From Camelus ferus (Eukaryota), in NCBI RefSeq assembly GCF_009834535.1, contig NC_045696.1, positions 115,570,001-115,634,000 of the forward strand: a DNA stretch of 64,000 nucleotides, read 5' to 3'. Positions within the stretch are counted from its first letter, which is position 1. Each line of letters begins with the position of its first letter. Below, one piece after another: positions 14,283-27,669 of this stretch. The notes below the pieces were generated by a model. That model made no database searches, had not been told where the DNA came from, and saw only the letters and a list, made by a program, of their open reading frames with translations. The position numbers and the translations under genes are program-made.

Positions 14283-17200
14283 TTTCCCTTGGAAAGCAGT
14301 TGGTGATAAATCGTCTTATGTATTAGCAATCGTTTGTTAATATCACTGAACAAAAGTCCCCTGGCATCAGGAAGGCTCGTTGCTTGCCTGTCACTGTCCC
14401 ACAGAGGAGGGAAAGGAACTGAGAGTCATAATCACAAGGGGATAGTCACAGTCCAGCAACAGGAAGATTTTCATGACTTAGAACTTAGGCATTACTGGAA
14501 TTTGACACAACATTGTAAAATGACTATAACTCAATAAGAAAAAATGTTAAAAAAAAAAAAAAAAACCAAGAACGTAGGCATTGTCCACATCTGCTATAAT
14601 GATTTACTTAGTCCGTTTTTTATCTGTAGTATAAATTGTAGGATGTATCGAGTAATTCAAGACTTTGAGCAACCATAGCACTCATATCTGAGTAGCTGAG
14701 CAGCAGCTAGAAATGCAGAGCATCATGGATTTAACAAGGACAAAAGGAGATCAGAAACAGGAAGGTTAGAACCACCAAAGAAAGAGTCCTATTTTGTAGA
14801 GGATAGAGTAATAAGCTTATAAGAATTTTAAAATTATTATTATATACAAATAATTATAAAAGGATTCCAACCACAAGGAATAGCAGTCCAAAAACTTCTG
14901 AAGGTTGGGGGTTTATCACAGGAAGAGTAAAAAGAGTCTAATATATATTTGGATAGACTAGCCTGGTCTGGATTCTTGGGAAAGCTGTTTACTTAGAGGT
15001 CTTCTGTTTCTCATCCAAGAAAGTTGTTGTCAATCTTTAGGGGCTGTCTGAATAGTTTTAGTTTGAGATTTTCCACCAAACTGTGAAGTCCAGGTAGGAT
15101 GTAAGAACCTTTTTAAAATGAGAAACATAAATCTGAGTCAGTGCTCTTCATTTGGCAGCACAAGGGTTAGTTAACAGAGCCTGAAATGGTCCCTCCCGCC
15201 AGGGGTAAAAGGCATCTTTGTGAAGTTAGTGTTTCCAATAAACGTCATCTCCAGGTTGGAGGCCACGATGCTGAGTGTTTTTGTCTCCAAGGAGCACCCC
15301 GTGGAAAGACTGCTCCATGAGCTGTGAATCAGTTTTAAGGGCTTGGTAAGTTCCTTACCACAGGTCAAGATGTTTCCTTTTAACAGAGTCGGTTCATACA
15401 CGTCTTTATCTAATCTCATGGCTCTGCCAGTAACAATTTCAAATAATGATAACCTGCTTTTCACAAAGGGAGTACATCTCAGGTAAGGCTAAAAGGCTGC
15501 TCTTTGGGCCAAGGCAGCTTACATGACAACACCTTTAGCTAACTGAATTTTTATAATTCAGTTAATGTTTTCCACCAACCCTGATGACTGGGGATGCTAG
15601 ACACAATAGAAGTGCTGTGAAAGAGGCCAGATTTTACAAACAGATCGGATCACTTGTTCAGCAAAAAGGGAGCTTCTGTTACAGTGGAGTTCAGAGGGTA
15701 CTCCCCAGGTGGAAATAACTTTTTCCAACAAAACTTTACTGCTGCTGTGGTCATAGCCCTGCACAAGGAAAAGCTTCCAGGCAGTGAGAGAACACACAAA
15801 TCATTACCAATATATATTTGTAAACTTTAGGTGGTGGTACCTGGATAAATCCATCCATTTATTTGCCATACCTGACAAGGTCCCAAGGGTAAGGGAAGCT
15901 GTATGATGGAATGATGGAGAGATTTTCTTGGGTTATGCTTAGGACATATCAGGACAATTTTGATATACATAGTCATTTTAGGAGGTGGTTTCCAATAATA
16001 TTGTTTTTTCCCACTGAACCCTCTTATCAGTGTTTCCGGGAGTCAGATTACATACATACTCTAGGACAAATTTTTTTGTTAACAATTAGGGAGAACAGGT
16101 TTGCCATTTGATCCTAATCAAAGATTTCTCTTGGGGTCAGGTACACAATCTTACCACAATTTTCTCAGTCTCTCCAAATGGAGAGCTCTTGTGCTTCACT
16201 TATTTTAGTAATTAGTTCAGATTTTGAATGTACGTGTAGACGGGGTCTTTCCAACATGATCATGGACTTTTGGAGGGCTGTTGTCTTAGCAGCGGCAGAA
16301 GCCAAATGGTTTCCCTTACTTTCTTCTGAGTCTGTTGTTGAGGTCCCATGAGTTTTAATTATCACGAAGGGTTTAGGCAGTGGCATGACATCTGAGAGCC
16401 TCTGTACATAAGAACTATTTTTGATTCTCCACTTGAGGAGGTCAGAAACCCTCTCTGCTTCCAAAGCAGGCCAAAATCATGAGCAACACTGAAGTGTGCC
16501 TGATTCTAGTGGATATATTTATGGTTTTATCTTTTGCTGAAAGGCAGGCTCTAATTAAGGCAAAGAGTTCTGTCCATTGAACAGAAGTAGCTTCTGGTAG
16601 GGTGTCAGCCTCAGTGACTTTGGTTCAAAGACCAAACCAACTCAGTAGCGGCCAGATTCATCTTTTAAGTAAGATCCATCAGTAAACAAATCAGCTCAGC
16701 ATTTTTAAGAGGAGTCGCCTGTAAGTTGTTTTGAGTGGTTAGGAGTTGGTCAGCGAGCATCAGACAGTCATGGGGGGCTTCACTGTTTGGCCAAGGGAAG
16801 AGGATTGTAGGATTCAGGACGTTGCAATGGGAAATAGTCACATTAGAAGGAGACAGTAGAAGAATTTCATAGGAGATTAGTCTACTGGTTGAAAGATGCT
16901 AAGGATGGTGAGAATTAAGCAAGACTTCTGTGGAAAGGGGTACATAAATGGTCAGTGGGGAGCCCATTACTAGTTCTTTTACATGTTGTAATGAATTGGC
17001 AGTGGCCACGATGGCTCTCATGCAAGGCGGAAGACCTCTGGCTACCGGGTCTAGCTGACTGTCATATCCTATAGGTCTGTGTTGGTAACCATGGCACTGA
17101 GTCAGTACACAGAGGGCATTTCCACCTCTTTCATGAAGAAAAAGGGAAAACAGGTAGACCTAAGGCAGATGAGTCATGAAGTCTGGCTTTAGTAAGGGTT

Positions 17201-18400
17201 TTACTCTTAAGCCTTTTAAGTTTCTTTTGTCCAAATAAAAGGCTTAGTGTGGTCAGCCTTAAGGAGGAACTATAAGGGATGTGCCATGGCCGAAAAATTT
17301 GGAACCCATTTTATATAACACCTTGTCAGTCCTAAAAAACCTGAGTTGTCATTTTGTTTTGGGGGCGAGGAAAAATTAAAATACTCTGAATTCTATCTAG
17401 ATCTAAGTGGAGGCCATGCTCAGTAATTAAATAACCAAAATGTCTAACTTTGGGTTTACAGAATTTAAGTTTTCCCTTTGAAATCTTACGTCTCCTTTTT
17501 TGCTAGTTCTCAGAGGAGACGGAGGCTGTCTTGCAAGGATGCTAACTCTGAAGGAGAGTAGAGATCAGCTACATATTGTGAAAGAGAAGAATTCTTAGGG
17601 AAGATAGCATCAACATTTATCAACCTTTAAAATTTGTGAAAAAATAATTTGGGCTTTCCATGTAGCTTTGGGGCATATCAGTCCAAGTCAATTGTTGATT
17701 TTCCCAGGTGAAGGTGAATAAATATTGACTCTCAGGGTGAACAAGGGAGCCAAAGAAGGCACTGCAGAGGTGTAATCACAGTAAAGCTTGTGTCCTTGGA
17801 GGTACGGCTCAAAGCAGGGTATGGGGATTTGGCACAATGGGGTGTGAAGATATAACTCTGTTGTTAATGGCCCCTGAGTCCTGGGCAAACGTCCATCCTC
17901 TTTCATGTGGTTTTTGCACAGGGAAGATGGGAGCACTACACGGACTTGGATGGGAACAATCAAACCTTGTTTAATGTGTGCTTCACTTGTGGGTTTGATT
18001 CCTTCAGTAGCCTTTGCATTTAGTGGGTATTGGTGCATATGAGGCAGAGGCTTTCTTTCGCCCACCTGAACGTTTATGGGTGGTGCAGAATGAGTGATAC
18101 CCATGTTAAGAGCGCTCAGACTGAAGTTTATCAGGGATGGTGTCGAAAAGAGGGCTAAAATCAGCGTTAGAGACTGAGGAAACTGGAATGGCAATAATTA
18201 GGTCTCCTGCAGAATTGTGAGGCTCACAGTCTCCATCAAGATGTAAAACTGTTTCCTCCCTTTGGGAGAAGGAAATATGGACGCTGTGAGCCTCTAGAGA
18301 ATCTCTGCCCAGCGGGTGGAGGGGGCCAGAAGGGACAAGGGGGAATGCATGAGTCCCTTGAGTAGATGCTAACCCAGTCCCTGAACCTGACTCCACCCCG
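14283..18400 (-). mobile_element. pol: Degenerate class I (ERV1) internal region: protease end, RT, RNase H, integrase
   Basis: PLHPLGRDSL (protease), QYPL...GIKP and QYVADL (decayed YVDD, ~17565), LFTDGSYLKD (RNase H, ~16680), WGVPSELH and LSLFEIVTGRAM (integrase); many stops and frameshifts. Confidence 0.92.
14494..14568 (+). mobile_element. ~75-bp L1 3' tail inserted in the ERV
   Basis: gacacaacattgtaaaatgactataactcaat plus polyA; 14-bp TSD AGAAC(T/G)TAGGCATT. Confidence 0.85.
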
Positions 18401-19570
18401 AGTTATGTTACAGCACAACTTCTTTATCCATTTAAGCATCCGTCTGTTGATGGACACTCAGGCTGCTTCCGTATCTTGGCTAATGTATATAATGCTGCTA
18501 TGAATATTTGTGGGCATGTATCTTTTTGAGTTAGTGTTTTTGTTTTCTTTGGCTATTTACCCAGGAGTGGAATCTCAGGTCCATATGGTAGTTCTACTTC
18601 TGGTTTTTTTGAGGAATCCCCATACTGTTTTTCACAGTGACACCACCAATTTACATTCCCACCAGCAGTGTATGAGGGTTCCCTTTTCTCCGCATCCTCA
18701 CCAATACTGGTTATTTATGTTCTTTTTGATAACCATTCTGACAGGTGTGAGGTGATGTGTTATTGTGACTTTGATTTGCATTTCCCTGCTGATTAGTGAT
18801 GCTGTGCATCTTTTTATTTGCCTGTTGACCATCTGTATTTCTTCTCTGGAAAAATGTCTATTCAGGTCTTCTGCTATTTTGTATTTTGGCTTATTTTATT
18901 TTATTTTATTTATTTTATTTATTTTATGGTATTGAGTTTTATCAACTGTTTGTGTATTTTTTTTATGTTAACCCCTTATTGGAGATATCATTGGCAAATA
19001 TCTTCTCCCATTCAGGAAGTTATCTTTTCATTTTCTCAATGGTTTCCTTGCTGTGCAGAAGTTTTTAAGTTTAATTAGGTCTGATTTGTTCATTTTTGCT
19101 TTTGTTTCCTTTACTTGAGGAACAATCTCAAAATATATTGCTACTAATTATGTCAAAGAATATTCTGCCTATGTTTTCTTGTAGGATTTTCATGGTGTCC
19201 TGTCTTACATTTAGGTTTTTTAATCCATTTTGAGTTTATTTTTGTATATATTGTGAGTAAATGTTTAAATTTCATTCTTTTACATGTCCAATTTTCCCAA
19301 CACCACTTATTAAAGAGGCTGCCTTTGCTCCATTATACATTCTTGTCTCCATTCTCATTGATTAATTGACCCTAAGTGTGTGGGTTTATTTCTGGGATCT
19401 CTAGTCTGTTCCAGTGATCCATGTGCCTGTGTTTGTGCCGGTACCATACTGTTTTGAGTACTTTAGCTTTATAGTGTATCCTGAAGTCAGGAAGTGTGGT
19501 AACTTCAGCTCTGTTCTTTTTAATCAAGATTCTGGGTCTTTTGTGGTTCCATATAAATTATAGGGCTATA
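18400..19570 (-). mobile_element. L1 ORF2 3' portion
   Basis: gttgatggacactcaggctgcttcc...ttacattcccaccagcagtgtatgagggttccc, antisense L1. Confidence 0.95.
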
Positions 19571-20776
19571 ATATTCACTGAACAACTGTGTATAGTTTCA
19601 CATCTGCACACTGATCACTTTAAGGTCCCACAGGCCTTTTATACATGATATCAAACACAATGGTCTCTTTCGTAACCCATCTTTACTACAAGTGTCAGTT
19701 AAATCACAAACAAGGGATCAGAAGGCAAGTTGGCCACACGAGCTGACTCTCAGCTGGTTTGTGAAGACTGGGACTATCTGTTCCCTATCTCTTCCTGGTT
19801 CTCTCCATCTTTTAAAAGAGGAAGTTTTAGAAGGCATCCAAGTGCCCACCTTGGACCGAGACACAAGTGGGAAGAACAACATTGCAAACATAAAATTTTT
19901 CCAAAATGCCAACCAATAGGAAAGGAGTGAAATTCAGTAGAAATCAGAAAAGGATGGATGGAGAGAGACAGAAGGATGCATCTTCAGAGAGAACGATATC
20001 TTCTCTTTCAAAATTGTGCAACCCTAGGGGGATTTGAAGGGTAGTTGAGTGTGCGGGAAACAGTGGCGTGATAAGATGAAAAAGAAGCAGAAGTTTTATA
20101 ACTCACAGAGTGGTATGGGGTTTGGTATGAGGACAGAAAGAAATTTGACTTCAGTAGATCTTTTGGGCTTCTGGGGATTTGGGCTGTTCCTTGAGGTAAA
20201 AGCCCTGTTCAGCAGTGTTCTGTCCTCTGCATAGAGCTTCCCCTGTGTTGTGTCTGTGAGTCTTTCCAGAACCTGCTGGGAATACTAAACGGGTGCCAAG
20301 AGTATGAGAAACCCCAACAAGATTTGCCCCAATGCTGCATTCTCAATGTCGATACTCCAGTGCTCTATGAAGCTGTTCCTGATGGCTTTCTGACTTTCTT
20401 GTCATATAAGTTCCTAGAGTTTCTTCTTGAGAAGAATATGAGGGATGGATGAGAATTCTGGTTCTCTCTGCATTTACTGGTTTTGTGACATCAGAAGAAG
20501 TCATAACATTTGAGATTTAGAGTGATTCAGGAGTAAATCTGCTTTCTTGATTTGTTGGGAAGAACACAATAATAGTATATAAGAATTTTTAATCTGTAAA
20601 TTGATAGATAATCTTTAAAAAATTAATATTTTCCCTTACCAAATTCTCAGTAAATTCTTGGCATTCCTGATACAGGCCAGTGTTCATTTCTAGAAGCTAC
20701 AATTGCATCCTTATATAAATATACTGTAAATATTATATACACAGACAAGTTTGCTGCTGATCAGAATTTGCAAGCT

Positions 20777-21750
20777 GTGGAGAAGAACACACTCCTGCAT
20801 TTTTTCTCTACTCACACACTCACGATACTTCTGAAACTAGAGGTGTGGATTTTTGGCATATTAAGCAATTCTCTGCACCAGCGGAAATCCTACAATTTAA
20901 CTCAATTCAGACACTGTTGACTGGGAGATAGCATCAGAGCCCACAAGTTAAGGGCTCAGCCCCACAAGGCTGCCCCTGCCCCACTTCAGATGCCAATCAC
21001 AAGTCCCGGGTCACCATACATATGTTTGATTGACCACTTATACACTGGGGCTCCCATGACTCTCTCCTTGGGTTTGATCATTTGCTAGAATGGCTTACAG
21101 GTCTCCAGAAAACACGTTTACCAGTTTATAACATAATAAAGGATAATGATAAAGGATACAGATGAATAGCCAGATGAAGAGATACATAGGATGAGGTCCA
21201 GGAGTGCCCAGTACAGGAGTTTCTGTCCCAGGGAGGTGGGACACGCTGCACTCCTGGTGCATATAGATATGTACACCAACCCAAAAATCTCATACTTTGG
21301 GGATATTTACGGTGGCTTCATCATGGAGGCATAACTGATTATTAAGTCAATTTCCGGCCCCTCTCCTCTCTCTGGAGAATGGGGCCTGAGGCTGAAAAGC
21401 TCAGCTTCTAATCATGGCTTGAGTTTATTGGTGACCAGATACCAACCAGGAGCTCACTAAGAGTCACCTCATTAGAAGGAAAGACACTGCTATCACCCAG
21501 GAAATTCCAAGGCACTTAGGAATTCTTTCAAAAATAAGGGTCAAAGACCAAATATTAGAACCAAAGATGCTCCCAGTACTCTTATCATTGAGGAAATTAT
21601 AGGGTGTTACGAACTTTGTGCCAGGAACTGGGGCCAGATTGTATATATTATATATATATTATATATATATGAGAGAAAAAATAATATATATTAATATAAT
21701 ATATATAATAAAGACAGAAAAAAATAATATCTATTCTTTTCTTTCACACA
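20777..21750 (-). mobile_element. MER21-like LTR
   Basis: aagttaagggctcagccccacaag...cagatgaagagatacatagg...caggaaattccaagg. Confidence 0.85.
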
Positions 21751-22584
21751 GGAAAACAAAGACAGCATGGGAGCCTCACTTTTAGGACTAGGATACACAG
21801 TCATAGTGGACCTAGCAGCAAATTAGACGAATAAAACCCAAGAGTCAGTTTGGTCCTGTAGCACAGACACACCCTAAGACACTTGCTATTCAGTTTTCAA
21901 GGGGAAAAAAATGTACTAGTGTCATCTTTTAAGGTCCTTTGGCTTTTCTATCTCTGCAGCATGTCCTGGACTCACTAGGTCACCAAAACATCTCTCAGCT
22001 ATCACTCTATCTCCTCTAATAGTTTCAATTTATTTTTGAGGCCAGCTTTCTTCTGAGCTGATTTGCTTTCTTTTTTTTTCCCTTGGTCTCTTTCCTACCG
22101 AAGTGGCTCAGTCTATGGCCCAGAAACAGTCTTCTTTCCTGAGAACGGCATTTGTATTTCTAGCAGTTATTAATTCTCAAACAATTAGTTCGGCCTGTTA
22201 ACATATAGAAAACAGATGACCACAGTTGGGTGACACCAAATAAATGTCACACATCTAGGTATATCTAAAGCTGGGTTACTGCTGATGGCTTTTTGTGTTC
22301 AGATTGCAAAGTACTAGACTCAAAAACAATATTAGCAACTGGCTTTCACAGTCATAAATACGTTCCAAGATCGCTATTTACTCTAATGTATAATGTTTGT
22401 ATATAAATAACAGATGTACTTTTCTGTAAATATTAATCGTTAAAAAATATTTGCAATTTAATTTGAATTGTAAGTGTGTCCAATTCAGCAAGCAACTCCT
22501 CTTACTCAGTTGCTGGGATGCCAAGGAATGTACTGGTTATTCAAGGTAAGGAAGACACAAGGATCTTTACTTTATTGGATTCCT

Positions 22585-22770
22585 CCTTTGAGCCAGGCAC
22601 TTGCATTTACCTCATTTAATCCATGAAATTTGCACTTACACCATAGGGTATCATCATCCCTGGGTTACAGGTAAGGAAACTGAGGCTTCAGAATATTAAG
22701 TACCTTGCCTGAGTTCTGGGATTCAGAACCAGGACCAGCTGGCTTCAAGACTTCTTTTCTTTCCACTTTT
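22585..22770 (-). mobile_element. MIR
   Basis: ctcatttaatcc...tacaggtaaggaaactgaggc. Confidence 0.8.
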
Positions 22771-23027
22771 ATCAAAGTCAGCTCTGCTCAACGGGACCCT
22801 ATAAGCTAATGATAAAAGGAGACTAAATACACATAAAGCAGTCCATGAAAAATAATACACAGCAAGATTCATTCATATGGCACCAACAATCTATTCAAGA
22901 AAATTGCTAAGGAAAAATAAATCCACAAACATAAGGAAAAGGTTTGGGCCTCGCCAATGAGAGCTTACTTTAAATGAACAAGTCTGCCTCATTCAGAGCT
23001 GCTCACCTGGGAATCTGACTGCAGGGC

Positions 23028-23526
23028 TGCGTTAGTTTTCTGTGGCTGCGCTTACAAATTACAGTAAATGGGACTCTTACAACAATAGAAATGTATTTTT
23101 TCACAGCCCTGAGGGCCAGAATCAGGGTGTTGGCAGGACCAGGCTCCCTCCCAGGGTTCTACGGGGGAAGCCACTCCTTGCCCCGCCCAAGCTTCCAGCT
23201 GCGTTCCTGGACTGGGAACTGAACCATGTCAGTTTCTACCTCCGTGATCATGTCACTTTTCTTCGGTGCCTTTTGTGTAAAATTCCCCCTCTGCCCCTCG
23301 TCTTTTAAGGATGCATGTGATGGCATAAAGGGCCCAATTGGATACTCGAGACTCTTTCCCCATCTCAGATTTCTTAATCACACCTGCAAAGATTCCTTTT
23401 GGGTTTGTTTTTTTGTTTGCCATAAAAGGTGTATTCTAAGCCCAAACTCCAGGGATCAGAATATGGGCTTTTTTTTTTTTTTTTTTTTTTGGCTGGGGAG
23501 AGAGGGGTATTTTTCAGTCCACCACA
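23028..23526 (-). mobile_element. MLT1-type MaLR LTR
   Basis: tgcgttagttttctgtggctgc...ttaatcacacctgcaaag...cagtccaccaca. Confidence 0.85.
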
Positions 23527-23799
23527 AGGGTCTTTTTGACATATATTTGAAGAAATCTTTGACAGAATAAATGGAAAGACAACTTTGAACCTGCAGTATA
23601 TTCTGTTGGCCCCAGACTCAGAGTCCTTAGCCAGGCCAGTGAACCATCCCAGCCGCTACAAGAGTTGGGTGCTGACTAATCACAGCTGCCTCCTTCTCTG
23701 AAGAAGAATTATCTGCTAAAGGGAGATGCTTCACTCCCAGCCTGCAGCCAATGACTGACTGACTCAGGCATACAAACAGCCAGCTCTCCTGCCCCGGTG

Positions 23800-24430
23800 A
23801 GCATAATTTAAAATGTCAAGTTAAATATATTACTCTAATTTAGCAAGAAGTTTCATATAGGAACAAAATCTGCACCTAGAAAATGACAATATTATAGCCC
23901 AGTCCTTTTCACTGATTGGAATTTTAAACACAAATAAAAACTCCGATGGTCACGATAAATTATGTAATTGCAATAACTCAATGCAAACAAATCAGAAAAA
24001 TGCTATTTCTTTGTCTTTACTAGCACGGTGCTGTTATTCTTTATTTCAACTGACTACTTAAAGGCAAGACTAGGTAGCCCCACAGTGATGCGAACTTTGC
24101 CCAAAATGAGTATCAACGATTCTGTCCTTTACCAATTAGCTCCCAAAATGAGCACGTGCACGTGTTGGGAGCAACTGTATAAACAGAAGATCTTTGAATG
24201 AACTTCCATGCAGAATATAACACTTATTAAAAGATAGTTAATAAAAATGTGTAAATTTGAAGCATATATGTTACAAAGACTCAACAGATACTGAAACAAT
24301 GATCTAAATTTAGAACTCAGACAAACTGAAAGTTTTCACCCTGCTCTTTAGTTGGACTGATTGCTTTCAATTCTTTTCAGACAACGCATCCCTTGACTGC
24401 ACCCAGAGCAGACCACTTCCCCCACCCAAC
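23800..24430 (-). mobile_element. hAT DNA transposon remnant (MER97-like)
   Basis: Minus-strand end ggtctgctctgggtgcagtcaagggatgcgttgtctg resembles the remembered terminus; AT-rich interior. Confidence 0.5.
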
Positions 24431-24611
24431 AGTTTTCTTTACTTAATGGCTCATTTTGTTCAATGAAACATAAATTCTAATGGGTTTTAATTAAAATGCT
24501 ATGAAAAGTTCTGTGATCTGTTAGATAATGGACTAAAACAAAATTAAGCTTTTTTTTTTTTTAACTGCAGGATTTCTCTGATCTTAAACATGCAAAAATA
24601 CACTATAATTC

Positions 24612-25014
24612 TGTAATGAGAAAGTCAAGCTTAAACAGAGCAAAGAGCAATTTTATTTAAGAAAAGAAGTGAGTTTCTTTGGGAATGGCAGAAGAATTCC
24701 AACTCGGGATAAAAAAATATGATGAACCATAAGCAAATCCTGAGAACACACAAGAACGTTCTTTTCTAGAGGAAAGGAGGAAGTTGGGAGGAGTTGTTCT
24801 GAACAAAAGTTCATTGGAGGAGAGTGAGAGTTTGAAGTGGTGGCGGCTTCTCATTGGTTGCTGGTGTGGGCAGCTTGCTAATGTCCGCAGAGAGGAAATC
24901 AGCCTTCTTCTTGTTGCACTAAGCAAGATGCCCTGAGTGTCTGTGTGCATGGAAGCACCCCACTTCATGGCTCCCCGACTCCAATTTTGAATTGTTTCCT
25001 TTACATGTTTTTAC
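24612..25014 (-). mobile_element. Solo ERV1-type LTR
   Basis: tgtaa...ttaca termini, antisense tttatt, gactccaattttg motif. Confidence 0.7.
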
Positions 25015-25184
25015 AAGAAGTTTCACAGATTTTTATTTTTAACATGGAATTCTTTTCTCTGAAAGCATCTGGAGAGGCTAATGTTTAGGGGGGAATGGTT
25101 TAAAAAATACAGCTATAGTGGAATTCCATCCAGTTTTTAAATAATGCAATAAAGTTTGTTAATGCCATTAGTGTTTAACAGTAT

Positions 25185-25395
25185 CAAACAGTATGGTAAT
25201 TCCTTAGAAAACTAAAAATAAACTTACCATTTGATCCAGCAGTCCCACTCCTGGGCATATATCCAGAGAAAACTCTAATTTTGAAAAGATACATGCACCC
25301 CAATATTCATAGCAGCACTATTTACAATAGCCAAGTCGTGGAAGCAACCTAAATGTCCATCAACAGATGACTGGATAAAGAAGATGTGGTGTGTA

Positions 25396-25456
<61 letters not shown>

Positions 25457-25925
25457 GAATATCACTCAGCCATAAAACAGAATGAAATAATGCCATTCGC
25501 AGCATGGATGGACCTGGAGATTGTCATTCTAAGTGAAGTAAGCCAGAAAGAGAAAGAAAAATACCTGACGGTATCACTTATATACGAAATCTAAAAAAAA
25601 GACACAAATGAACAAAACAGAAACAGACTCACAGACACAGAAAACAAACTCATGGTTATAAAAGGGGAAAGGGGGTGGGAAGGGATAAATTGGGAGTTTT
25701 GAGATTTGTAGATACTAACTACTACATATAAAATTAATAACAACAAGATTATATTGCATTGCATAAAGAACTATATTCAGTAACTTGTAATAACCTATAA
25801 TGAAAAAAATATGAAAAGGAATATACAATATTCATGTATGACTGAAACATGATGCTGTACACCAGAAACTGACACAACATTGTAAACTGACTGTACTTCA
25901 ATTAAAGAATGGGAAAAAAAACCCT
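25185..25925 (+). mobile_element. L1 3' end with internal (TG)n(TA)n microsatellite
   Basis: gatccagcagtcccactcctgggcatatatccag...gacacaacattgtaaactgactgtacttcaat. Confidence 0.95.
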
Positions 25926-26821
25926 AAAATTTGTTAACACCATTACTATTTAATTCTTTTCTGGAGGTTCTAGTCAAAGCCAAAAAGAAACAGAAGAGGA
26001 AAGAACAAATAACAAGAATTAAACCCAGTGGAAAGGATGAAACAAGAGGACTACACTGATGTCATTATATCCATGTTTTGAAAGCAGCCAGAAGATTAAC
26101 TATGACAGAGTTAATAACAAAATCCAATAAAGCAACTAAATAAAACAGCAGTAGACACATATTAGTAAGGCCAGTTAGAATACATAATGTAGCGAAGTTT
26201 TCTTTAATGAAACAATGGAAATATATAAACTATACGATTAATCAATTCTAATGAGAAATGGCTACAATTCATATAAACAAAGCTATAACACTTTCTAGGA
26301 ACTATGAAACATTAAAAAAAAAAGTAGCATTTCTTTGGATGGACAGACTGAGTAGGGAAAAGTTATTATTTATGTTTAAAATGCATCTTACTTTGGTTGA
26401 AATCTTATTAAAAATCTCAGTGGGAAAATTATTTGGAATTCAGCAAAATAATTTTAAGTTATTTGGAAACGTTTGGATAGATTACTCTGAAAAAGGAAAA
26501 TAAGATACTTCCATCTTCAGATAGATATAAAATAATATAACAGTGAAACAGTTAAATGAGTGATGTGTTGGTATAACGTGGGAAAGACAGATCTGTGAGC
26601 TAACATGAGTAGCTCTGAAATAGACCAGCAGATATGTGAGAATGTGATATATGACATATATGATATGATGTGTGATATGACACAAGACGCATTAATCAAC
26701 CTAGTGAAGGGAGAGCGATATTCCAATAAAAGCTAGAATTTGTGTTTGCCTGTGAATTCTGACCAGCAGATAGATACTTACATACTAGTGTATGTTATAA
26801 CTTCTACATATAAAAGAGGGT

Positions 26822-26900
26822 TCTCCCATCCAAGTATCAACCGGGCCAACCCTGCTGAGCTTTCCAGATCAGATGAGATTAGGCATGTTCAGGGTGATAT
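26822..26900 (-). pseudogene. 5S rRNA pseudogene fragment (about nt 11-90)
   Basis: Reverse complement ATATCACCCTGAACATGCCTAATCTCATCTGATCTGGAAAGCTCAGCAGGGTTGGCCCGGTTGATACTTGGATGGGAGA aligns by eye to vertebrate 5S with CpG-type decay. Confidence 0.92.
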
Positions 26901-27253
26901 TATGTTTAGTAAAATAAATCAGAGAAAGACAAATACTTTATGTTATCACTTACATGTGGAATCTGAAAAGCAAAACAAACAAATGTAAATAACCACACAG
27001 AAACAGATCACAGATAAAGTGAACAAACTAGTGGTTACCAGTGGGGAGAGGAAAGGGAAGAGGGGCAAAACATGGGATTAAGAGACACAAACTACCATGC
27101 AGCAAATAAATAAGCTATAGGAATATATTGTACAGCACAGAGTACATAGCCAATACTTTGTTAAGAACTTTAGAGAATAATCTATAAAAACATTGACTCT
27201 CTGTTGTTTATCTGAAGCTAATATACTATTAAATCAACTACACTTCAATAAAG
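26898..27253 (+). mobile_element. L1 3' end fused to the 5S fragment
   Basis: Typical L1 3' UTR (atcacttacatgtggaatct...aatcaactacacttcaataaag); TSD AAAAGAGGGT at 26812-26821 and 27254-27263. Confidence 0.9.
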
Positions 27254-27539
27254 AAAAGAGGGTCTTAATGCTTAAGGTATTGTAAATATCTTATTGAGAA
27301 GCTAGTAAAGTGTTAATTTATTAGAGCATGTGTAATGTAGCTACTAGTTTACAGACTAAAAAGTCCTTTTATATACTCTCTCTCCCCAATAGCTTTGGAA
27401 AGTAAACACACACAGTCACACAAAACTTAAATTGAGCTAATAAAATACACCAAAGTAAATTCAGAAACTACAGAATTAACTATAAAAATAAATGAAAAAA
27501 CTAGAAGAATATGGAGATAAACTTTAAAAAATGTTTTGT

Positions 27540-27665
27540 TTTTTATTTTTGGTGAAAGAAGTAATGAGGTTTACTTATTTCTTTTTTTAGTGGAGGTACT
27601 GGGGATTGAACCCAGGACCTCGTGCAAGTTAGGCATGCACTCTACCACTGAGCCTCCCCCCTTGA
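27540..27665 (-). mobile_element. tRNA-derived SINE (Vic-1-like, camelid)
   Basis: ggaggtactggggattgaacccaggacctcgtgc...ctctaccactgagc. Confidence 0.88.
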
Positions 27666-27669
27666 CTGG

